This document shows positions 24,949 to 36,300 of a stretch of 64,000 nucleotides of DNA, in pieces. The stretch is taken from positions 137,235,431 to 137,299,430 of the forward strand of contig NC_068981.1 of assembly GCF_001194135.2 (NCBI RefSeq), given 5' to 3'. Below the pieces are notes generated by a model, which was given only the letters and a program-made list of their open reading frames with translations, did not search any database and had not been told where the DNA came from. Made by a program: the position numbers and the translations under genes. The stretch is from Octopus bimaculoides (lineage: Eukaryota). Every line of letters starts with the position of its first letter. Position 1 is the first letter of the stretch.

Positions 24949-26407
24949 TATCTAAGTATCTACACGTATCAATGCATTCGTGTGTGTGTGTGTGTAAATA
25001 CCTCAACTTACGTTGTTTCCAGTTACATCTTTTTCGACTTTACGTCGTTTTCTTTTCTTTTCGTCTTTTTTTTTTAATAAATAAATCTCAACTTCAGTTG
25101 ATTGATCTGAATGTACACCAGTCTCAGAGAACATTTAAAAACATAAAAAATTTAACAATAAGCTAACAAAAAAAACCCCAACTAACACTGATGTAGAAAA
25201 TCAAATATAACACATGTGAAAATATATACAAACTATTTATTAAAACAGACATAAGCTAATAACTTAAAAAAAAAAAAAACTGATTGTGTCACGTCGTTTC
25301 CCGAGTTAAGTCGCATGTCTCGGTAACACCAACGTAAATTGAGGTATGCATATACGTAAGTTAAAAAACGGTGGGCATTAGCATGCGTGAGGTATCGCTT
25401 CCTACCAATACTAATGCCCAGTTTTTCCGTCCAGGGTTTATATGCCCCAATATTAGACTATTTTCTATGGTCAATATATGGTGAAAGCGTAAGCTTTTAT
25501 GTACGTACGTATGTATGCATGTATGTACGTATGTATGTCCGTATGTATGTATGTATGTATATGTATGTCCGTATGTATGTATGTATGTATTATATGTATT
25601 GAACCGACAGTACTTATCAGCAAATTGATAAAATATATTCAAGTTTGTACATCAGCATAGTCAACAATAAGGTCGATTTTGCGAAACCCTTTTGTCAGCA
25701 TTATGTAATCCCTGTTTTCGTTGCGATCAATACATACATTATGCACCAACACACGAGTGTGTTCGATCACTTTACATATTTCCTGGTAGAAAATAAATTC
25801 GATATCCTGATTACAACACAACTTTAATAATTACATTTCTTCCAAATACATTAAAAAAAAAATGGACCGAAAGTGAAATTTTCTTTTCACATTATACAGT
25901 GAAAAGTTGTTCACTTCGTAAATCACGGAAAACGAGGTTCGATCGCACCGCATGGCATTCAGATGGATCGACCCAAGATGACGGGCGACTGTAACTGGGT
26001 ATGGATACTACTATTTCTTGTGTACCAGACTTACCCCTCGCCGTCTTATTGTAAAACAAACAACGGAGCCTTGGGATCAGGCCACTGGTTTGAGAATAAG
26101 ATTACACAATGTCCAGAGACACAGCTTCCGACTGTTGCAACTCATGAATGGTGGTTTCATTTTTCCCTTCCACCCACGAGTCTCAGATGCGTTGCAAAAA
26201 GGTCACGACGAACTGAAAAGCCAAAATTCAGTATAATGGATATGGCATTCGGCAGACAGGGTAACAATGCGTTTATTAAACCACTGCAAGGCGTGTGTAT
26301 ATAGACTGCAAATGGTATCCATGACACTTTACTCGTAGGTGCGCGCGCGCATGCGCGCGCATGCACGCACATACACACACACACACGCACACACACACAC
26401 ACACACA

Positions 26408-26438
<31 letters not shown>

Positions 26439-26471
26439 CATACATACGCACACATATATATACACACACGC

Positions 26472-26514
<43 letters not shown>

Positions 26515-26600
26515 ATACACACACACACATATATATACATACACACACACACACATATATATATACATACATACATGTATATATATATATNNNNNNNNNN

Positions 26601-26639
<39 letters not shown>

Positions 26640-26717
26640 ACACAAAAGTGTAACATACATCTATAGGCACATTTATATATAAGCGCGCGTGTGGGAAGAA
26701 ATCTGCTTCCGACATTT

Positions 26718-27020
26718 TTCCGGGTTCAGTCCTACTGCGTGGTACCTGGGGCTAGTGTCTTCTACTATACTTTAAACTGACCAAAACCTTGTGAGTGGAT
26801 TTGGTAGACTAAAACTGAAAGAAACTTGTCGTATATAGATATGTATACACGAGTGTGCGCCTGATATTACTACTACTTCACAACCGGTGTTGGCGCGCTT
26901 ACGTCCCCGTAACATTGTGTTTCGGCTTAGGACACTGATAGAATAAGTACTGGCGCTTGAAAAGAGTAACTACTGGGGGTCGATTGAAGCGACTAAAACC
27001 CTTCAAAGTGGTGCCCCAGG
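26718..27020 (+). mobile_element. SINE family A copy, decayed
   Basis: ccgggttcagtcctactgcgtgg...ccttgtgagtggatttggtagac...caaccggtgttggcgcgcttacgtccccgtaac. Confidence 0.75.
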
Positions 27021-27453
27021 GTGGCTACAGACACACACTCAAACTTGTGTGTGACTGCATATGTATATCACTGTTCTGTGATTGAGCGGGCCAGACGGAA
27101 TCCGTTGAAACACGTTATCTACAGCTGGATACCCTTCCTGTCGTCAAACCCCATGCAAGGACGTTTTCAGAGAAGAATGGAGATGAATGACGCCATTCAT
27201 ATGCCGGTGAAACAACTAGAATGCGATATCAAGAGGAGACATAAATATATCTGTTCCTCCCTCTCTCTGCGTATGAATGTGCACACACACACACACATGC
27301 ATGTACCAGTATATAAATGTATTATATATATAGATACATAGACACAAACATAAATGACAAAAGATATGTGCATGCATGCATAAATGCAAATATATATATT
27401 GTTGACGTTATAAGTTATAAACTTTCGAGAGATTGTGAAATACTTTATATATA

Positions 27454-27500
<47 letters not shown>

Positions 27501-27640
27501 GTGTGTGTGTGTATGTATATATATATACACATACATACAAAAATCATCATTTAATGATTGCTTTTCCAGAAGTACACATACAATTATAGATATACACACA
27601 CATATGCATATATGTATACATGTATATATGCCCATATAAT

Positions 27641-27699
<59 letters not shown>

Positions 27700-27860
27700 G
27701 TATTCATACAGACATATATAAATATACAAACACACACATATACACATACATATATATACACATATGCACACACACATATATGTGTGTGTGTGTGTGTATA
27801 TATGTATGTATGTATTTATATATTTATATATATATATGCATACATATATATAGCACATAC

Positions 27861-28210
27861 GTAGCTGTGTGGTAAGAAGCATGCTTCCCAGCCATACAGT
27901 TCCGGAATCAGTCTCACTGTGTTCCACCAAAGGCAAGTGTCTTCCATTATATCCCTGGGCTGCCCAACACCTTGTGAGTAGAAACTGAAAGAAGACCTTC
28001 ACAGATACATTTACCTGTGTGTGTGTACCGTTGAGTTTGTATTTGTACCCCACCACTGCTTCACAACCGGCGTTAGGGATTTTACTTTCGCGTAATTAAG
28101 TGATTCAGCAGAACAGACCGACGGAATAAGTTTGCAGGCTTTAAAAAAGATAATACTAGGGTTGATTCCTTTCACTAACAATTTTTCAAGGTCATACCCA
28201 AGCATGGCCG
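27861..28210 (+). mobile_element. SINE family A copy, decayed
   Basis: gtagctgtgtggtaagaagc head, ending in ...cccaagcatggccg. Confidence 0.7.
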
Positions 28211-28245
28211 TATACACACACAAACATATGTATACATATATATAT

Positions 28246-28290
<45 letters not shown>

Positions 28291-28337
28291 AATATGTAAA
28301 CACATATATACAAATATATATATATATTAACATACAC

Positions 28338-28369
<32 letters not shown>

Positions 28370-28564
28370 NNNNNNNNNNNNNNNNNNNNNNNNNNNNNNN
28401 NNNNNNNNNNNNNNNNNNNNNNNNNNNNNNNNNNNNNNNNNNNNNNNNNNNNNNNNNNNNNNNNNNNNNTATATATATATATATACGTACATATACATAT
28501 ATACATCCATATACACATACATATACATATATACATCCATATACACATACATACATCCATATAC

Positions 28565-28614
<50 letters not shown>

Positions 28615-28699
28615 GTACATATACATACATACGTCCATATACACATACATATTCATACATATACATATATACATAAGTTATATATACATACGGGTCGCC

Positions 28700-29014
28700 A
28701 CTGCATGGTGCCAAAGGTACCGTCCACTGCATCTCACATAAGAACGAGATACTGCAGCAGCCTCGGTTTCAGAGGACCTCAGCTCTTCAATGCCCTGCCA
28801 AAACATTTGAGAGACATGCAAGACATGGATGCAGAGGTCTTCAAGACAAAACTTGACGCTTTCCTCTCCACGATACCAGACGAACCAATGGCTCGTAATG
28901 AGACGCAGTTTAGGGCAGCTGTGTCAAATTCTCTTATACACCAGATGTGCCATCAAAACTCTTGATTGGACCATGTCAGGTGGGGGAGAAGAGCCATGCA
29001 AGGAACGTGAAAAT
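28700..29014 (+). mobile_element. 5'-truncated CR1-type LINE 3' fragment
   Basis: Translates [60 protein letters not shown], clearly homologous to 46201-46444. Runs into an N gap. Confidence 0.85.
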
Positions 29015-29601
29015 NNNNNNNNNNNNNNNNNNNNNNNNNNNNNNNNNNNNNNNNNNNNNNNNNNNNNNNNNNNNNNNNNNNNNNNNNNNNNNNNNNNNNN
29101 NNNNNNNNNNNNNNNNNNNNNNNNNNNNNNNNNNNNNNNNNNNNNNNNNNNNNNNNNNNNNNNNNNNNNNNNNNNNNNNNNNNNNNNNNNNNNNNNNNNN
29201 NNNNNNNNNNNNNNNNNNNNNNNNNNNNNNNNNNNNNNNNNNNNNNNNNNNNNNNNNNNNNNNNNNNNNNNNNNNNNNNNNNNNNNNNNNNNNNNNNNNN
29301 NNNNNNNNNNNNNNNNNNNNNNNNNNNNNNNNNNNNNNNNNNNNNNNNNNNNNNNNNNNNNNNNNNNNNNNNNNNNNNNNNNNNNNNNNNNNNNNNNNNN
29401 NNNNNNNNNNNNNNNNNNNNNNNNNNNNNNNNNNNNNNNNNNNNNNNNNNNNNNNNNNNNNNNNNNNNNNNNNNNNNNNNNNNNNNNNNNNNNNNNNNNN
29501 NNNNNNNNNNNNNNNNNNNNNNNNNNNNNNNNNNNNNNNNNNNNNNNNNNNNNNNNNNNNNNNNNNNNNNNNNNNNNNNNNNNNNNNNNNNNNNNNNNNN
29601 N

Positions 29602-29691
29602 NCATATATACATACACATACATAAATATATACACACACACCTACATATATACATACCCATATATATACATATATACATACACCTACATAT

Positions 29692-29726
<35 letters not shown>

Positions 29727-30098
29727 CACACACCTACATACATACCTACATATACATACCTACATATACATACCTACATATATACATACCTACATATACA
29801 TACCTACATATATACATATACTTACATACATACATATATACAAATATATATACCTACATATATACATACATATACATATATACCTACATATATACATACC
29901 TCTCTCTCTCTCTATATATATATATATGTATTCATATATATATATATATATATATATACTCACACATATATATATATTCACACACATATATATATATGTA
30001 TTCACACATATATATATATGTATTCACACATATATATGTATATGTATTCACACACATATATATATATATGTATTCACACACATATATATATATGTATT

Positions 30099-30129
<31 letters not shown>

Positions 30130-30190
30130 GTATTCACACACACACACACATATATATATATGTATGTATTCACACATATATATATATATT

Positions 30191-30223
<33 letters not shown>

Positions 30224-30246
30224 GTATTCACACATATATATATATT

Positions 30247-30279
<33 letters not shown>

Positions 30280-30308
30280 GTATGTATTCACACATATATA
30301 TATATATT

Positions 30309-30355
<47 letters not shown>

Positions 30356-30448
30356 TCACATATACATATATATATGTATTCACATATATATATATATATA
30401 TATGCATTTATATATACACATAAATATTCATTTACACATACATATACT

Positions 30449-30484
<36 letters not shown>

Positions 30485-30587
30485 TATATATACATAGATA
30501 TATATGTATATACATATATATATATATATATATACATATATACACACACACACACATATATATACATAGATATATATGTATATACAT
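29602..30587. repeat. Compound microsatellite-derived tandem array
   Basis: tacctacatata(ta)ca units followed by repeated (TA)n-tgtatt-(CA)n units. Bounded by N gaps on both sides. Confidence 0.9.
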
Positions 30588-31609
30588 NNNNNNNNNNNNN
30601 NNNNNNNNNNNNNNNNNNNNNNNNNNNNNNNNNNNNNNNNNNNNNNNNNNNNNNNNNNNNNNNNNNNNNNNNNNNNNNNNNNNNNNNNNNNNNNNNNNNN
30701 NNNNNNNNNNNNNNNNNNNNNNNNNNNNNNNNNNNNNNNNNNNNNNNNNNNNNNNNNNNNNNNNNNNNNNNNNNNNNNNNNNNNNNNNNNNNNNNNNNNN
30801 NNNNNNNNNNNNNNNNNNNNNNNNNNNNNNNNNNNNNNNNNNNNNNNNNNNNNNNNNNNNNNNNNNNNNNNNNNNNNNNNNNNNNNNNNNNNNNNNNNNN
30901 NNNNNNNNNNNNNNNNNNNNNNNNNNNNNNNNNNNNNNNNNNNNNNNNNNNNNNNNNNNNNNNNNNNNNNNNNNNNNNNNNNNNNNNNNNNNNNNNNNNN
31001 NNNNNNNNNNNNNNNNNNNNNNNNNNNNNNNNNNNNNNNNNNNNNNNNNNNNNNNNNNNNNNNNNNNNNNNNNNNNNNNNNNNNNNNNNNNNNNNNNNNN
31101 NNNNNNNNNNNNNNNNNNNNNNNNNNNNNNNNNNNNNNNNNNNNTATATATATATATATATATACATATATACATTATACATATATGCATATATACACGC
31201 ACATCTACCTATTTATTTATTTATGTGTTTCAGCCAAGTGGCTGCGGTCATGCTGGTGCACCACCGTATGTTGATATATATATATATATATATACATAAA
31301 TACTCGTACAACTATGCATATATGTACATACGTATATACATATACAGACACATATATATAACATTCATAAATATAATTTTATATATGTATATGAGTATCT
31401 GGCCATGTGTATTCATATCGCCTTTCTTTAACATCCTTCAATAGCTGTAAGCAAACTTCCCTGTCATACATGCGGTGTCTTTTGTTTGAAGTCTTTATGA
31501 AAGTAAGCCTGACAAAGCAGAAATATTAAGCAAGTGTTGCTGACAGTAAAGATACCCTCAACTGAGATATTGCCTGAATGAATTCCATCCACTGATGTAA
31601 AAATGGATA

Positions 31610-31965
31610 AGAGCAGGTTAAAATGAGGATGCGTCAGAGACTCCCTTCGGTCACAAATGACCATGGGATTGCACCTAGAAAGTTACCCTCCGAGGTACAA
31701 GTGCCAGCAAGGTTGTTTATGGAAGACCGGTAGTCCCCCATGCATACCAGCCTCCCCTCTCCACGCCACTGATGTTGGCAAAGGCAAAGGCCTATATATC
31801 TTGGCACCGGTGATGTCACAACTCATTTCTACAGCTAAGTAAACTGAAGTAATGTGAAATAAAGTGTCTTGCTCAAGAACACAACACGCAGTACAGTCCA
31901 TGATTTGAACTCACAACCTCACAGTCGTAAGCTCGACACTCTAACCACTGAGCCATGCGCCTTCA
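31610..31965 (-). mobile_element. tRNA-derived SINE, family C-related subfamily
   Basis: Minus-strand head gtgaaggcgcatggctcagtggttagagtgtcgagcttacgactgtgaggttgtgagttcaaatc. Confidence 0.75.
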
Positions 31966-32431
31966 CTCTATGTATATATATATATATATATATATATAAA
32001 TTTATATATATATATATATTAGACATATACATATGTAGACATATATATAGACACATAAAAAAAATATATATATATGTAGACATATAGACACATACATTCA
32101 TATGTAGATATGCATATATATATACACACACACACGTATTTAGACATACATAACACCATACATACATAACATATATATATACAAACATACACAGACACAT
32201 ATATACATATATAGACACATACATACATATATATATAGACATATATATATAGACACATATATATATATATATACATACATATATATGCATATATTGGCAC
32301 ATACATATAGACATAGTCATACACGACGTATAGATATATATATACATGACACATACCTATATATATATACATATATATATATGACACATACATACATATA
32401 TATATGACACATATAGACATATGCGACACAT

Positions 32432-32471
<40 letters not shown>

Positions 32472-32525
32472 CACGGGATTGGCAAAATGCCTCACTACAT
32501 GCTGAAAATACATATGGCAGACACG

Positions 32526-32556
<31 letters not shown>

Positions 32557-32596
32557 TATATACAGAAATGTGTATATATGTATACGCACAGATATT

Positions 32597-32690
<94 letters not shown>

Positions 32691-32854
32691 AAAAAATATG
32701 AGGGTAATTATCTATCTATCTATCTATCTATCTATATATGTATATCTATCTCTCTATCTATATATATGTATATCTATCCATCTATATATATATATATATA
32801 TATATAGATATATATATGAGAGAGGGAGAGAAGTGTGTGTGTGTATAAATTTCT

Positions 32855-33185
32855 TGAGGAATTTTAGTTAAACGAATTGACCCCAGTACTTTTTCTTTAA
32901 GCCTATCGATGTCTTTTGCCGAACCACTATCCTACTGGAACGTAAACACACCAATACCGGTTGTCAAGCGGTGAAGGAAGAGGGGGTGACAAACACACTC
33001 AATGATACGCATATATATATATAACAGAGTTCTTCCAGTTTCCGTTAACCAAATCCGCTCTCAAGGATCTGGTCGGCCCGAGATAATAGTAGAAGACACT
33101 TGCCCAACAACATGGTTCCGAGTTCAGTGGGTCTGAACTGGGAACCATGCAGTTGTAAAGGAAGCTTCTTACCACACAGCCATAT
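32855..33185 (-). mobile_element. SINE family A copy, decayed
   Basis: Colinear with 13805-14190. Confidence 0.75.
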
Positions 33186-33372
33186 ATACACAATATATAA
33201 TCATCATCATATATATTCTTATACACGACTGGCTTTAGGAAGGGCATCCAGCCGTACTGGACGATGGCAAAGTCGATACTGGAAAACGATGTAGTCCTCG
33301 GACCCACCGGAACCTATCAAACTATTCAGTTCATATCAGCATGGGACGTGGATTATAAATGAGGATAAAAAT

Positions 33373-33423
<51 letters not shown>

Positions 33424-33818
33424 CATACGTACACACACATATGCCGCTTGCACTGTGGGACACTTGCTTCATCAGCTGTCGATAGAAAATCACGATTTCC
33501 TACAGCATGAGTCCTTTTAAAAAGTGCCAAGCATCCTTGATGCTAACGAGAACTGTCTAAGTTATATGGACCTACATTGTAGCACACGTTGAAGTGTATG
33601 TTTGTATATGTATATAAATATATAATAGATATACACATATGTATGCATGTATATAACTATTCATACATAAATACATATAGACATACACATACGTTGATGA
33701 TCAGGTTTCATTCATTAATGGATAGATGTGCTTGTGAGTTCGTATAGACACCTATGTGTGTGTGTGTGTATATATATATATATACATATATACACACACA
33801 CACGCAGATAATACACAA

Positions 33819-33880
<62 letters not shown>

Positions 33881-34414
33881 AGAGAGAGAGAGAGAAAGAG
33901 AGAAGCAATTCTATATTTACTCAGACATACATACACACACCTATCGTACATGATTAAACTTATACACACACACACATATGTATGAAAGATTAATATGTAC
34001 AACTATAGAGTTTAAAAACACGTTTACATAAACTTATATGTATATAATTTCACAAAAATTTTGATAAACTGATATATATATATGTGTGTGTATGTATCAG
34101 TTTATCAAAATATATATATATAATTTCAGAAATCATTCGATTAACTTATACTTAAATGTCTTCATAAATCATTATATATGTAATGGGAATAAGCATTGGA
34201 TGGGTATAAAACTATTAATGCTGGAATAAATGGCTCAATACAAATAATGAGTTTAATATTTATCATAATTATACTAGCAGCAAGTTTTAAATTTCGCCGG
34301 GTATGTGTCTTATTTTAACTGTACACATGTAATGTGTATCACCGTGTGAATGTGTGTGTGCGCACATTCATATAAACATAAAATTTGCGTGTGTATATGA
34401 GTACATGTGTGTAC

Positions 34415-34469
<55 letters not shown>

Positions 34470-34673
34470 CGATACACTCAGAGTACCGAGAGTAATCTCA
34501 GCATTGTACTAAATATTTAAACTATTTCAGTATCAAGTTATTTTTCCATCTGTTCGTAAAGTCAAAGTTGTGTGCGCGTTACTATATACATCTACCTATA
34601 TATATATATATATATATATATAAATATATACTCATACAGACAGACAGACAGACAGACACAGATATGCATACAT

Positions 34674-34710
<37 letters not shown>

Positions 34711-34924
34711 CGTGCGAGCGTATGTACGGGGCGAAATATTTACATTGAAACACACTCATGTCATGTCATTTGTAAGTGCATTGCATATGCACTTACTGTA
34801 TGCAGTCTACGATCATTTAGTCTTTCTAGCTCTATAACTTAGAGACATCGTGTCAGAAAGAACTTCGCTGCACAAATGCTTAAACGTCTAAATATATATA
34901 TATACACAGCATTTAATATCATTC

Positions 34925-34967
<43 letters not shown>

Positions 34968-35573
34968 NNNNNNNNNNNNNNNNNNNNNNNNNNNNNNNNN
35001 NNNNNNNNNNNNNNNNNNNNNNNNNNNNNNNNNNNNNNNNNNNNNNNNNNNNNNNNNNNNNNNNNNNNNNNNNNNNNNNNNNNNNNNNNATATATACACA
35101 AACGATAGTTATGATTGTATAAAGACAGACTTATAGACACGCATACATAATGTGTGTGTGTGTGTGTGTGTGTGTAAAGATATAGATTGGGAGAATGAAA
35201 GATAGTGTGTGTATATATATATTTATTTGCTATAGATAGATTTATGGGTAGACACATCAAAAGATAATTCTTGAAACAGATCTATAAATGTATAAATAGA
35301 TATATAGATATCAAAGCGGGTGTTGTAATCAAAATAATAAACATTCTTTTTTTGTTTTTTTTGTTTTCATCTAGTTCTTTAAAATCAAAACAAAGCCAAA
35401 AAATTTTTTTTTTTAAATAATAAATGAAAATAAATTAAAAGAAAGAACGAAAAAACAAAAACCACCGAAGTAAGAGTAAGTTTGAATTAAGCATTTCAAG
35501 TTAAAAACCAAGAATGAAACGAAACAGGTAAACGGTGGAGTAGTAGCCGGGTTAAGTAAGTAAATCTACTTAC

Positions 35574-35605
35574 TGTCTGACAAGAGTCAAAGTAAACACA
35601 ACCAT
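35574..35605 (-). CDS. TIGAR: First coding exon of a TIGAR-like histidine phosphatase (partial; other exons not located)
   Basis: Minus strand cttcaac-ATG GTT GTG TTT ACT TTG ACT CTT GTC AGA CA|gtaagta translates MVVFTLTLVR(H). Good start context (AACATGG) and consensus donor. From my recollection, human TIGAR starts MARFALTVVRH with a 32-nt first coding exon also ending in phase 2 inside the catalytic His codon. His is inferred, since CA|G or CA|A would give Gln. Confidence 0.6.
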
Positions 35606-35639
35606 GTTGAAGTTTTTAACACCTGTAAATCATCCTGGA

Positions 35640-36300
35640 AAGTAAAGATGTTTAGTACTTGGCTGGCGCTCTATAAATTGCCGGTCACCAACTGAAGAAA
35701 GGTAGCCGGGTTTTTGAGTTTTGTTGTTGTTGTTGACTTTACTTTTATATTATAGCACTCCTCTCTAGTTCACTCTCTCTCCCTCTCTCTTACTTACTCT
35801 TTTTTCTCTCCCTCTCTCTCTCTCACTGTTTATATATATGTATATATGTATATATAACAGCTGGCAGTGCTCCGTTTATCTCTATGTCTCTCTCCTTCTC
35901 TGTCTGTCTGAGTCTCTCTTTCTTTTTCTCTCTGTCTCCGTCTAGCTTCGTCGTCGGAGTAGCAGAGGGGGGGGGGGCAAGAGGAAAAAAAACGAGATGA
36001 AGGAAGAGGAGAAAGAGAACGAGGAGTGAGTGAGAGTGGTAGTAGGAGGAGGAAGTAAGCGGTCGAGAGAGTATGAGGACAAGTGACGTGTATAATAAAC
36101 TCAACTCTAAGCTGTCTGTGTTTCTGCTGTAGTCGCCTTCCTTGCCAGTCTGTCGTCACTCCTCCTGATAGTAGAGGGAGCGGTGGCAGTAGTACTGAAC
36201 AACGTAGTAGTAGCAGTAGTTATAGCAGTAGGAGGAGTAGTAGTAGTAACGATACTGGTTGTTAGTGTAAGACGCAACTCTGCCGCTGCTCTCTTTCCCA
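35640..36300. promoter_or_regulatory. Putative promoter/5' UTR region upstream of the TIGAR-like exon
   Basis: Unique, CpG-containing sequence with (CT)n/(GA)n and (GTA)n tracts. tgacgtg (CRE-like) is followed by tataataaa at about 36084-36100. Position is directly 5' of the ATG exon. Confidence 0.3.

Noticed and set aside
31555-31590. Good minus-strand acceptor starting TGGA that would give R-H-G after the TIGAR-like exon
   Set aside because: That frame (HGWNSFRQYLS*) stops within the segment and does not resemble HGET...QG.
21658-33953. Long ORFs rich in YI/HT/CV/X (e.g. 28829-31444, 871 aa)
   Set aside because: They are translations of (TA)n/(CA)n microsatellites and N gaps, not genes.
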